A stretch of 64,000 nucleotides of DNA. It comes from Bugula neritina. Lineage: Eukaryota; Animalia; Bryozoa. The stretch lies in the NCBI GenBank assembly GCA_964035545.1, contig OZ037773.1, positions 4,741,751 to 4,805,750 on the forward strand, read 5' to 3'. Positions 25,816-39,700 of this stretch are shown piece by piece (the stretch's first letter is position 1; every line of letters starts with the position of its first letter). The notes under the pieces were generated by a model, which was not told where the DNA came from, did no database searches, and worked only from the letters and a program-made list of their open reading frames with translations. A program made the translations under genes and the position numbers.

Positions 25816-28800
25816 AGGCAAGGCTGTCTCATCCTATATAATGTCGTGCCTGTAGAAGTCATGCTTCATTAGACATCTATGATAAGCCTTCCTTTTTGCA
25901 CTCCAATGAATTAGTGATTAATTGAGTCAGAGAGGGATAATAAGTTTATTTCAATGTGAAATTGTGAGCAGTTATTTGGAGGGTTAGTTGTGTGGGAGAT
26001 ATTGGCTCAGCAGTTTGGCTGGCAGACATTTCTCTCTCTCTCTTGGAAATGTACCAGCCCCGAGCATACCCCCCTAGAGAGCCTGACGTTGGTGAGTTGT
26101 TATTTTCTTATCTCTTCAGGTTTTTTGAAATAGTTGTTAGTTTCCCTTGGAGGCTTTGTATACGTTAGCTGAAGTGGCATTTAGTAATACAGTGGCACTC
26201 CAGTGCTGGGTGGTTTACACCGAATTAGTGTGTAGAAACTGTGTTTGTATTTCATGCTGAAGTAGGTTGAAATAGGTTGAGTTTGCTGCAAGCTGTTAGC
26301 ATAGTGGTTTTATTTCATAGAGTAATGTGACCATCAGAGTCTCAGTTTCAGATGGATATTTTTGTTATGATAATGAGTTGCTATACGAAATGCACTGCTA
26401 CATATTTTAGTATCATGTTGGGATATCAAGTATAAAGCATGCTTTTTCAGTTTACCAGCTCTTTTTACTCATATTTGAAGTTACTATTTGACATAGATTC
26501 CTACTAGCTAGCTACTATCTTGACTGGCAGAGTTGACTGTGAAAGGTTTCAGTATGAAAGAGTTTGTTCAATGTAAGTCATAGGTAGAAGTAACTAGGTG
26601 TGTGTATCTATGTGACAGAGCTAGTCTTGGTTGGCAAATTATTTCTAGAATGTTCATGCAAATTGCCTCTTTGCAAGGAGTGATTTGGCTTCATTAAAAT
26701 TTGAATACATTTACGTTTTATTCACTATATCAGTTTTTGTAGCCATATATTATATGTATTCATTTACAGAGTAAATAATATTTAGATTTTATTTCTTCAG
26801 TTGAAGAAAGTACATTTTTCTGAGATTTTGGTTTGATTTATTGTTTTCTCATTTTATCAATAGGCAAAATTTAATTTATTGATGCACACTGATTTGAATT
26901 CTTTCAAGGTTGAGTTTTTATGACTTGGTGTTCTTCTTTGGCACTTCAAGGGTCAGTAAGAGCTTGTCTCCCCTGTTAAATTATGTCCTAAAGAGCTATT
27001 GGTCACAAATTGTATTAACTTTTTCACAAAATAAATCCATGGAAACATTTTTTTTATTACGAAGACAATCTGGTGGTAATTTTGCTCATGGATATTGTTT
27101 CCAGCATTCATTCACTTTTGTTTCTAGCTTTTTAATACATATTTAATCATTTGACTGGTCAGTATCTAAATATTTTGTATACTTGTGTACTGTCTGGTTG
27201 AAAATTCTCTTATGACATTGAGTGGATCATCTCTTCATGAGCAGACCTTTCATGATGTAATAGCTACAGGTAAACTTCGCTGTATCCACCTCTATTCCTT
27301 CACCATGCTGTGTATTCCTTCATCATCTCACCTTACTGTGTATTCGTTCACCATCTCTCTAAGCTGAGTAGCCACCTCCAGGAACTCAATGAAGCTGGTT
27401 AATCAATCTGTTTACCTTGAACAGAATTCTTGTGGTTCACTAGTTTATTTTTGCCAGTGACAATGATGGCAATGCGACAGAATTAGATTTTATGAGCACA
27501 GAGTAACCTGATTGGCTGTGCTGTTGCTGCCTGCGACAGCTTTACAGCTGCGGGTCAACGGGTTCATTACGTAGGCTGATGTTATTGGCCTGTGAGCTGG
27601 GATAAGTCAGCATTACTTTTCGCTGACTTGAATAGAGGAGTAGGTGATGTCTACCTACTCAGTCATAGCCAGTTTTGCTGCCATTTAGTATAACATAATA
27701 GACAGTTTCAAGTAATTATATGCACTCAAGTTAACCATGAGTCTTTGCTGTGGAAAGGTTAACCCAGATCTCTGCTTCTATGGTAAGATTGACATTGAAA
27801 TTGATAAATATTGGAATTAGGTTTTCTGGCTACAGATGGAAGATTCCACCACAAATAGAACTGTTATAGTTGCTGTTAATAGACTGAGTAAGTGGAAGTA
27901 GGTAAAGAGTTTAGGAGACGCAGCAGATGGTTCTCTTGGCAGATGTGCTCTAATTCCTCCAGTCATTGATTGGAATAGATATTGACAAGCCTCAGCCTCT
28001 GAGATGTATTATTGATTTATCTATTTGGTGGAATGCCTTTTACTTCCATAGACTTTGTTTGTAGACTTTTTAAAACTTTCATTTAAGCTGCATTTCTTGA
28101 GCTTGAATTAGTTTGCGAAAAAATATTATGCTTACTAAATCCAGGACCTTATTTACTGGGATAGCTAGATGTTACCTAGTTTTTTTATCTTAGGGTTGGT
28201 CTAGAATCTAGATTACTATGGACTCTAGTAAATTGGTTTGCCATTTAGCAAATCATAGGTGGCATGTTTCTAATTAGGTCTTTCTATCTACTCTTGGGAC
28301 AAATCTGGTAGTTAACACTGCCTCCCATTTATCAATTATCACTCATTATTGCTAATTTCTTGCAGTGTTGATGGTGATTTGATCACCACAAGATGATGGT
28401 CGTAGTAATTACTGGATGATCTTCTTTAGAGCTCAATCCTCCCTTCCTGTTAATTATCTCACCCATCTGCAAGGTTGCATGGATATGCATTTTCTGATGA
28501 AGAATTTATTTGTTTAGAGTTGAAGTTACGTTTTAACATTTTACTGACATGTTTTAGCTTTGAATTAGTGTTTTTTGCATTTAGAAATGGCCATGGTGAG
28601 CTTTTATGCTTATAAAAGCATCCCTTAGAGTTAGTGTTTTCACTTCCTGTTGTTCAATACCACAAAACACCAAGTCTAATTAACTCAACTGCGACATGCA
28701 TCAAAAATAAACTAATTTCTAAAATGTGTTTTACTTTGTCACTTTATGCCTAGATTTATCCCAAAGTTCCAAGTCAGTAGACTAGTTTCAGTTTTACCTG

Positions 28801-29642
28801 CTGCCGTCCTTCAGGCTGCCTTTGAGTTTCTAGGTCACTGTACTGTAGATATTACTACCTGGCTAAGTTACCTACCTGTAGAGGGATTAGACAACCTGAG
28901 CTCTATGAATCACCAGGATTACTCTGATAGATTATATCTGTGGTTGTACTTTGAGATACATTAACATAAAATGTGAATGATTGCGCAATACCTAACTATT
29001 TTCTATTTTTACCACTGCGTAATACTATATAAATCTGTCACATGAAATGAATATCCAAATGAAATTATAGTCTGAAGATAAAAACAAATTTTCTGCTTTT
29101 ATATGTTATGCTCTTGATAGTATTTGCTCATCTATAAACTAGTTGCCCTAATGTACGAGTTATGCAATGACTATTTAGTCAATAAGTTGAGTTGGTTTTT
29201 TAAATAATATAATTTATCTTCCAGTGACATAGGATTTTATTTTGAGTTAACATTATGTTCATATTCAGTGGAGTGGCATGCCTGATTATCTAGAGTCTAA
29301 ACCCTTTCACTAACACAATTAGTTCAAAATGAATAGTTAGAAAGAGAGTGGGATTGGGTTGGATGCAAGGAAGTACGACTCAAGACAGTCTACAAGAGAC
29401 AGCTTTGTTCTAACATTCCGGCAGCTAAATGCTTTCTCTTGGCTTCCTGGTGGCTATACATCTTTGGTTGACACTTCTGTTTAATGTATTTGGGGAAATT
29501 TGTGGGGTTTTAGAACCAAAAAGCAAACTTCTTTGACTGAAAAGTTGAAAGCTGTCATCTTAGTGCAGGATTGTGGTGATTATGTTGCTGTTTTTATGAC
29601 CCCATTCAAGTACTAGCAACTTTTAGTACTGCTAGAAATCTC

Positions 29643-29808
29643 AGTTGGGAGCAGTAGTGAAGAAATTGAGATAACCTAAGTTCTTTAATTTTATTATTAA
29701 ATTTTGATTTGGGGCGCGGTTTGAAATTTTTGCAAGAACATAACTTCTTATGCCACATTTCTAATCTAGAACACAGGCTTTTCTCAATTTCTCCGTTACT
29801 GCACCTAC
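29643..29808 (-). mobile_element. Roughly 165-bp MITE, inverted relative to the copy at 35144-35300
   Basis: It is the reverse complement of 35144-35300 over nearly its full length, for example AATTGAGATAACCTAAGTTCTTTAA and TCTAATCTAGAACACAGGCTTTTCTCAATT. Its own ends, GCAGTAGTGAAGAAATTGAGA and TCTCAATTTCTCCGTTACTGC, are inverted repeats. Confidence 0.75.
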
Positions 29809-30733
29809 CTTAGAAATCCCCTCTGTGTACGGGGAATATGATAAACTACATTCTATTCTGGAACTTTCGTAGCTCTAGTCCTACCTGTACTCGGCAATTT
29901 GTGTTTACTCCTTTCTGTAGTATTTAGACAATGTTAGCTTTGTTGGTAATCTGAAAGATATGTCCAGCAGTTGTTTGGCTAAATCAATGTTATCTTTGCA
30001 TTATCTGGGATTATGGAATAATCATTATACTCACTGAGGATTACCAACTGTTCAGTAGTGGATATTGTACTCTAGTGTGAATACACACTGCAAGGTGTAT
30101 TATTGTACTGGATATAATAGCCTATACTTCATAGCACCCACTTGCTACTAGCTAATGCTATAATATAGTCCTTATATGTGAATAAAATGTCATAAATATG
30201 CAAGATTTTAGTCTCAAACTAAATTCAAAAGTTACCAATTATCTTGGCTCAAGATTATTATGTGTTAATATGTTGGAAGATGGAATTTACATACTAGTAT
30301 TAGACGTTGATGGCATTGTTTATTCTCTCTGTTTCAGTAGTGGTTTCAACTAGTAAATACTTTTTTGGGAAAAATCTGTACTGTCTAATGGGTTGTATTT
30401 TAAAATATGCTGGAAATGCATAACTTCACCTATTAATTGATTTAATATATCCTATGCATATTATTATTATTCCTATTATAATATTTATACTATTTAATCA
30501 ACTAGGTGGTGATGGCAATTGTTGGTAATTGTATTTTAATATTATTCCACTGTACTGCAGCACCTAGCTTAATAGGATTTCCCTATTGCCAAATTTGCTC
30601 AGCAAATAAATCCTCCCAATAGAAAAGCTTCCACTGTTTACAGTACCTCAGGCTGTATGTAGTCTATGTCAACATAAGTGCAACTTTCAGTCTCAAAGGT
30701 GAATGTCATTACAACCGTTAGGTTTTATTGTAG

Positions 30734-33700
30734 CTGGTTACAAGGCAGCGCATCTCGACTCCAAGCAGCATGCAAGGCTGAAACACTCCCGAAGAAACAA
30801 TCTATCGGCTGAAACAGCTAAAGAAGCCGAGAGTTTTGAGGCCGAGTCCAGGCGCTCAAGGCAGCAAGCTGTGTCAAGGTCAAACAGCAGATCTCAGTCT
30901 AGTTCCAGGTCAAGTTCACAGGCTAAGATGTATTCGGTAAGTTGGGACTTGAGTTGGTAGATTTAGGTGTAGCGTTCACTTCTTTTGTTGTGTCAACTAG
31001 TCAGTCTAGTTAAGTTTTGAGTGAGTAAGTGTCAGCGGTTCATAATAGTGTGGCTGCCTTTAATTTCACTCTTAGTTCCCTAATATAATTGCTGCCAATT
31101 GAAAATGTATAGTGAGTTAAGCCTTTGAAGATGAATAGATGAATGGCTTCACAGGCAGCTTTCAATTCCTCAGTAGTGGGCAGCTTTCTCTTACAACCAG
31201 TTATAATTTACTTTCTTCAGAATTCTAACGTTGAATAAACTTGAAAATCATGCCACCTGCCCATGACTATTTTACAGTTTATCGTTTAGTTTGGCAGCAG
31301 CAGGGGCACAGGTCAACTCTGGAATGCTGCCTTCAATAGCAGCATTTAGAATTCAGATCATAGTTCAGATACAGCACCTCAGGTTCTAGTTTCTGCGATG
31401 ATCAGGCGAAGTTCAACATCTTGTTTACCGCACATTTTTTGTTCTCTTTCTAAACACGTTACTTGCTTTTCGATTTTCTTGTTTTGAGATGTTTCCACTT
31501 TGCTGCAGCACTGCTAGTTTTGTTTTGTTCAACGGTAGTAGTTTGTTGAAGCTTTAGTGGAGATGTTTTGACTGAAGTTGGGCAGAGCTAGAAGGAAGTT
31601 CAGCTTTTTGTGTAACATGACTCATTCTCAGTAACTGTAATGTTACGTAATAAGTGGTACGTTTTGATGGTAAACTTGGCAAGTGGTTTATCTGGAATGA
31701 GCAGGAAAAGTTGATTTGCAGTTGATTTCTTAGAAAAGTGAAGTTTAGTACAGTAATGGGGATTTTAGATCCTGTGATCTAGATGAAAAGTGTAGCAAAA
31801 GAAGTTACGAACTCACGAAAATTTCAGCCCACCCCCCAAATAGAAATGTATAGAGAAAATTAAAGATATTAAGCCAGTAAGATTTCTCAGTGACCGCACC
31901 TAAATGGCAAAACACCAGTTAAATTCAAAGATGACAAAGCAATTTAAACAACCATTGTATTGTCATCTTTTCAATAAAAGTTTTCTGTACATGTTATGTA
32001 AAACTAATTGTTACTGGCTCCTTCTGGTGCTGCAATCATCTAATCAGATTGTTGAGATGAAGCAGTGACTTGGGCTAGTGACCACCTGTCCACCTTCATA
32101 GTTGAATATTCTGGTAATTAGCAGAGTTAAATGACTCTTGTGTATAGTGTCTACTCCTTCACTGTATAGTGTCTACACCTCCACTGTATAGTATCTACAC
32201 CTTCACTGTATAGTATCTGCACCTTCATTGTATAGTATCTACTCCTTCACTGTATAGTATCTACTCCTTCACTGTATAGTATCTACACCCTCACTGTGTA
32301 GTGTCTACACCTTCACTGTATAGTATCTGCACCTTCATTGTATAGTATCTACTCCTTCACTGTATAGTATCTACTCCTTCACTGTATATTATCTCCACCT
32401 TCACTGTATAGTATCTCCACCTTCACTGTATAGTATCTACACCTTCACTGTATATTATCTACACCTTCACTGTATAGTATCTACTTCTTCACTGTATAGT
32501 GTCTACACTTTCACTGTATATTATCTACACCTCCACTGTATATTATCTACACCTCCACTGTATAGTATCTACATCTTCACTGTATAGTATATAATAATAC
32601 TTTTGTATATTGTATATAGTATAGTAATGGTGGACGTACTTTTTTGGAGTTTAGGTTTTACTTTGCAGTGATTACATCATTCTCGTTTTATGAGTCAGTA
32701 AAAAGATTAGAGGTTGTAAACTGCAACCCTGAGACAACCAGAGTAAGTTTCCACTCTGGTGGTGATAATCATACTCCATGTTGTCATCTCTCACCACTCT
32801 GACTCAGCCAGCTTGTGTGGTGTTACACGTTGCCATGGTGATGTTAGTTTTAGAAGGAAGTTATTTCCACAAAATCTGGGGCCAAATGAGACTGAACTAA
32901 AACTAATATTTCGAAAGGCTGTAGGTGAAAGGTCTGTTTTAAATTCCAGCTTTCATTATAGACCTTTTTCATCAAATGCTTGACTTGCTTTGAAGTTGCA
33001 TTACCTTACAAGCAGGGATTAATTCAACCCCATTTACAGTGCACAGTTACTCTCTGGGTTGCTGTTTTTGATATCAGATGAGAGAGTTTAGGAAGTCAAA
33101 AGGAAAGCGCAAGAATTAGCAAGGATTTCCAGATGGTTAGAGATAGGCTGCCATAGGATGGTTAACTATTCATTGTATAAACTATTAGACTATACAGTAT
33201 ATAAACTGTAGATCATTCATGCAGTGTATTGTATTTTTTGCTTTGGTGACAAGTTTGGAATTCTACCAAGAGATCTTTGCCAACTGCAAATGCTAGTTCT
33301 TGACTATTTATACTTCTCTACTGTGATGGCTGATAAATTGCTGTCCAGTTAGTAGAGCAAACGCATGGTATTCATATTTCAAATCGGGATGTTCAATGGG
33401 ATAAGTTTTTGCAGTTTCATTTGAAGCTCTGTGTATGCCAGACGCTCTGTGGTTTTATAAACTCACTTCTCACAAAAGTTGAAGATGATTGATTTATTCA
33501 TTGAAAGTTATTTTATTTTGTTGGATCATTATGAATTAGTTCAATATTTTACCTCACCTAGTCCATGCAAATATGTTGACTTTTATAAAAACGATGACTA
33601 TCTGGTAGTTGTGTCCCCTGCACATCAGCTTTAAAAGGGCAGACGACTCACAATTCAGTTTCTTTCACTTGCAGTTCACAATCTCTTGTTTCTATAATAT

Positions 33701-36700
33701 TGTCATGCTGACATCTGACACCAAGAGCTTTTCAGAAGACCTTTGAGTAGCGTTTTCTCGTCTATGCTACATAAACATGACAATGTATCTCTCTCATTAT
33801 TTGCCACATTGCCTTCCTGTAGCCTTCTTTCTGTTGTTCATTGACAAGTAGTTGGTGTAGAAATCTGCCAAAATATCTTTTTGAATAATTACTGAGCTTG
33901 ATTTTCGAATTAATCATGTTGAAGTGATCAAACAATCGTCAATAACCTATTTATATCAGATGCACATGTCACCAGGGTGCTGTAAATCATGCCAGTGCTT
34001 GTAGCATTAATATCTCCATTTACTGGTATAATAAGTGTCTAATTATTCTAATATCCAGTACTTTGTTCCCAAACTCTGTTAACTGGAAATATTGTTTCTA
34101 TTAGATTTAGGCTCATGTTCGCCTATCCATACATCTACAACTACTCTAGATGTATGGAGATGTATAGATATGTATAGAGATTAGACATATTGGTTTCATG
34201 TTGGGCCTTAGGTGCTGAGCAAGATGAAAAGGGGATTAGGACAATAAAACATGGCACACAGAAATGTTTTGTAAAGTTAGATGTTTTGATGTCTGTGGTG
34301 GGCGGTTTTATTAGCCATGGCTTACAGTTCAGCTTATGCTGTTAGATGGACTAGATTAGCATGTGCTAAACGTTCAGCTGGATTGAGTTGCTCATATTTA
34401 ACTACTTCTACTTAGCTGTCTCATCCCTAATGAGTCTCATCACTGTTAGCAGCTCTACTCTACTCACTGTCAATGGTGATCCTTTATTCAGTGTCAATTT
34501 GTTTTCCTCCTGAATAAAACTTTGACAAGAAAAAGCCTCAACAATTTATGTATATGTGTGTTTGAATTGCGCATACCTTACACTTTATTATTCAAATATT
34601 ATGTATATATATTGAAATTTATTTACCATGGTTTTCACTGGCAGGATGGAATGAAGGGGAGAGACCAGTCTGGTAGCGATGCCTCATTCGCTGACTTGCA
34701 GGAGATGAGGGAGAGATCAAAGATGTTGAGAGATCAAGTTTTGGGTGTCCAGAAGTCTGTACAGAGTAAAGTAAGTGCTAGAAAGCAATTCTCGGGTAGA
34801 GGGGGTGTGTGTGGGTGTCTCAATATAAATGACTAACTTGATAAGGGTTTTAGGCTACTGCTGGACTGCCAACTTTATATTGTGAAGAATTTGGCTTAAT
34901 TCTATTTTTGGTGCAAATAACAGATTTTGGAATTTTAATTCCCCGCAAGACAGGTGTTGCATGTAATCCCCATATGAGTTTATAGGACTAGAAGGTGTCA
35001 TTCTGTGTTAAGGTTTGTTAACCTACCATACCTGGTACGATATTGAAACAGAGATACATTCAACCTGCAAGGTGGGGAAGGGGGTGCAAATTTTTACCTT
35101 CACCCTCATTGCATTGACTGTTGTTATTGCTAATTTATCGAGCTAGGTGCAGTAATTACGGAATTGAGAAAAGCCTGTGTTCTAGATTAGAAATGTAGCA
35201 AAAGAAGTTATGTTCTTGTGAGAATTTCAACCTCAAACCAAAATTTAATAATAAAGTTAAAGAACTTAGGCTATCTCAATTTCTCCACTACTGCTCTTAA
35301 ATGATTTACCAACTGCTGTTACATTTTTGCACTGCCATGGTTATGTTGAGTGATTCCGGCTGTTTGAATTCTGGCTGTCAACTAATGAACTGTGGAAGTG
35401 CTACTCTCTAGTAGAACTGAAGACAGGAAATGTCATGGCCACAGCATACTTATAATTTATGAGGTTTTCATGCCAAGTTTTAACTCTTTCAAATTATCTG
35501 ACATAATCAGAGCAGCTGTATAAATGCTAGAAGGTTCTGTAGGTTTATATTTACAAAGGCTGAAGTATTCACTATATTTTGGAGTTATCTCACTTTTATC
35601 TGTTACTTTAAAGGATGAGCAGCTGAATAGACTGAGAAACTCGAGACTGTCTCCCGAGGAAAGCAGGAAAGAAGAAACTACATTAGCCAAGATCAACGAG
35701 AGGATCAGCGTGCAGGAGGCAAGGCTAAAGAAGTTAAAGGATGCAAAGACCAAGATCCAACAGCAGGTCATCATCAACAGCGCCATGAGTGAGTCCATTA
35801 TTCAGCTGTTTGAGAAGAGAGCTTATTGAGTCAATAGGTTACATGAGAAGGTTTTCTTGATAAGGTTGCCTCTCTTATTAGACTGTTCAGCCACGTCTTT
35901 CCATAAACCAGCTGTAGTAGTTAGATGCTTAGAGTATATTTGCTGCAATTGGTGACCTACACACAGCATATAACCCTCACAGTAGGTTTTTATTTTACGT
36001 TAATAGCTACTATGAGTATTGTGTTCCTTTTGTGGAGTTGCCTTCTTTTTCAGGGTACTGCGAATATACATGCATGCCTAATTTTGGATACGAAGTGTTT
36101 AGTTCATAACTACTATAAGCATTATTGCTTTATCTTTAGAGTTGCCTTCTCTTTAAAGAGTAATATATGTATAAATACTGTTGAATACTAAGTGTTTAGT
36201 TTATTAGAAATTGTCTTCTATTGTGATTTCCACTGTAGCCACGGAGCTGGAAGGCCTGAGGAATATTCTCACTAACAAACAGAAGGAGATGTACGACATT
36301 GACCAACTTGTGAATCAAATGAGAACTAAATTACAGCAGGTAACACAACTCCTAGTTTATCTCGTTCCATCTTGTAGAATTATTTTATGTCTAATACCAC
36401 TAGCACTCTGTTGTGTAGATGTCATTTTATAAATTGTAGCTTTATTTATTTTGTATAATATATGCAATATTTTTACCCGTCGATATAGGTGTTGTGTTAT
36501 TTTGGTCCTGCGCAGGTTTTTGCTCTTTTATTAGGACTGATAACATAATTTTTTGGTAGATATAATACTGTATAGCCACACTTCCGTTATATGCATTATT
36601 TTACAGGCTCAAATTGACCGAAACACTAAGAACACTATAATGACGCAATGTTCCAACAGAATAGTTGAGCTCCGCAATGAGATGCACGTGAGTTGATAAG

Positions 36701-39700
36701 AACAAGTTTTATACAGGACAGTCAATAAACATACAATTCTCCCTCTATATCTCACAGTTCCATTTCCCGCAGAGTCCCATAGGTCACAAGAAGGGCTTGG
36801 ACCCCAGTTTTGTGGCCTATGTATGTGTGTATAGTCGAATTTGACGGATCCATGAGTTAAATCTGGTATTCTACTATGTCATGAATTGAGGTTTTGGGAC
36901 CTACAGTTCAGTGAGATATATAGGGAGCACATCACGTGATATTTTACTAGAAAACAATATCATCTCGTGATGTCTACTCACCATCTTTAGTTTATCATGT
37001 GAAAATCAGTTATATGTTTGCAATTTACCTACCAGCCCAGCTTGATATTTTGGGAGTTATTCACTTTGGATATATTTTTCTAAATTACTCACACATACCC
37101 AATCTGCGGTGTTGCCTATGTTATATGCTAATATTTTAAAGTCTCGGAACAAAATGGCTGAAAAAGTGCAGGAGAAATTCTCATCTCAAAGAGAGGCTTT
37201 GCATTCCAAGAAGGAAGATATTTCAAAGATGGATTTGCAAATTGCCGAGTTGTGGAGAAAGTTGAGGCAGGCTAAAAGTAGGTCCCCCAATTCTATCCGG
37301 ATTTTGTCTTGGAACTTCTTCTATGAAACTTTTCAACTTGTATTTGCACAATGATTGGTTGGTTGTAGCCTCACAACAGCAGTCTAGTCAGAAACCTGCG
37401 GCAGCAGTGGCTGCTGTCGAACCGTTTGAGCATAAACCCTTAGAGGGACCCAAAGGGTCCGTTGGTCTACCTACAAAGCCTCAGGAGATAGATATCAAGT
37501 TGGTTGAGAGAAACGGGGGCAGTGGGCAGAGCTCTCCGTCTGTCAGTGGTGAGTCACTGATGGAACTTAGTATTTTGAACTTTGCATAAAATAACAGAGT
37601 TGTTAACTTTACCTTTCATTACCTCATGTTCTTTTACCAACTGTATTCATTACAAATATGATCTTGTTTCTATTAAATATTACGAGTAAGAATTTCATGG
37701 GTTGCCGCAAGAACTCGACTATAACCAATGTTCACCTCTGTTTGTTGAATATGAAAGTAACAGTAGAGTTGTCTGTCCACTGTAGCCGATGAAAGAGAGC
37801 CCTATGCTATACGCCCCCCACCTCCGGTCCCTATGGTGGACAAAATAAAGTCAATAGAAGACAAGCTTTCATCTCGAAAGTTGCCAACTCTTCAGAAAGG
37901 CAGCTCAAACGCTTCGCCCAATGGCAGTGATGACAACCTTCCCCGGAGGTACAGTTGGTGTCTCATACAATTGATCTTAAATGTAGTCTCTCTTCTGGTT
38001 ATTTAAATATGTCATTTAATTTCGGTTGAAATTACATTATAGGAATAATTTGTTCTTCCTGTACCACGCCGCAATATAACTTTTATTTCACTAATGGAGG
38101 AGATTGCAGTTGCATATTTAGTGACACTTTGTGGCCCAATTTCTTTTTTAATAAAATTTTGCCACATTTGTTGTCTGAATATGCTGTGTGCTGTATTTTA
38201 ATTCATTTTGAAGTTTTACAATATGTGGCGTCATTTGTTATTATTCTCTCTAACTCGGAGTAATTGTGATATATAGGCAAACAATTATAATTTAATGTTT
38301 TCATTTTCTGTATATCTTTAGCTGTTTGATGTGTCAATCGTTGAGTTTTTCAGTTGAATATAAGACAAACGTCTAGTGCTATTAGTTCTAGAAGACATGT
38401 TGACACATTCTGTTGACACGTTCTGTTGACACATTCTGTTGACACATTCTGTTGACACGTTCTGTTGACACGTTCTGTTGACACATTGCAGGTTCAGACC
38501 CGTCCAGTCCTCCGCCTACACTGAGCAGAGACCTCGGGCCGGCAGCCTCAACAGCTCGCCTGCTCAGTCTAATACCGGTGTTACTGCCAGGTTACACAGT
38601 CCTCGGGGTTCACCTCTGGCACATGGCTCCGTCGAGGAGATGAAACTGGAGAAAGGACCCGTTCATCAATACACCATTCCCTCCACAACCCCTTCACTCA
38701 CTCCCGAGTACTTGTCTTCTGTCAACAAATCAAAGAACTTTAATTCTATGCCAAAACCCTTTAGTGTGGCGTCTGCACTTCCGGAATCAGGAGTTAAGAC
38801 GTCTGCTGCTGTAGCTAAAACCGGTAGCGATACGTCTGTTAATGTAGCTAAGACTGGCAGTTATACGTCTGCTGCTGTAGCCATGACTAGTAGTGATACG
38901 TTTGTTACTGTAGCTAAGACTGGCAACGGTACGTCTGCTGATCTAGTCACGACTAGTAGTGATACGTTTATTACTGTAGCTAAGATTGGTAGTGAGACGC
39001 CAGTAGAGAGCGATTACAAACAGGATGTTGCTAGAGTGCGGGATCTGACCGTTCCTTACAACCGAGCATATCCTTCAGGCAGCGTGTCAGCGCAACGAGT
39101 TGGTTCTTCGGAAAGTGTAGCTAGCCAATCAAATTCCAGTTCACTTCTGCACAAGCCTCTGTCCAAACAGTCGTAAGTTTGTATTGTAGCGCCATCAACT
39201 ATTATTGCTGACATTTTTAACATTAGAGTTAGTATACAATGCAGCGAAAGTCTATGCTATACCTTGTTACTGCTCTGGCCATGTTAGCCACTTGTAATAT
39301 TTATTAAATTTCAAAACTTTAATTTAAATAAATTATTTCTTATTCTGTTAGCCACCTAGATTTATCAACTCTCCAAACAATAGTTTAAAAAAGGCTTCAT
39401 ATTCTGTTGTTTTTTCCAATAGAAGTGACCCAAGCACAAGGCCAAGCACTAGATATGCAACTAGAAGCCAAATATCTCACACCTACATACCCCAAATAGA
39501 TCAAGACAGACTCAACCAATACAGGTGCGTAGTTATCTTCTCTCTCTCTCTCTTTGCTTCGTGAGTGTGACCTAGTCTCAGCTTGGTATTAACGGAGTTC
39601 ATTTTCCTGTGTAACTTCGATTTATGTTCTATTTAGGTTGGATATGGAAAAAGCTGTGCGTGACGTTACTCGTGCTGACACTTCAAAGGTCGTAGATAAT

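Noticed and set aside
26049-26091. MYQPRAYPLESLTL as the ASPP first coding exon spliced to 30734
   Set aside because: Phase 0 joining gives an early TGA in exon 30734; only the alternative phase-1 frame is compatible.
32140-32590. CRISPR-like array
   Set aside because: The units are head-to-tail with no unique spacers, there are no cas genes, and the array sits in a eukaryotic intron.
39352-39422. Longer version of the ASPP exon using the acceptor at 39351
   Set aside because: It introduces an in-frame TAA, whereas the acceptor at 39422 keeps the frame.
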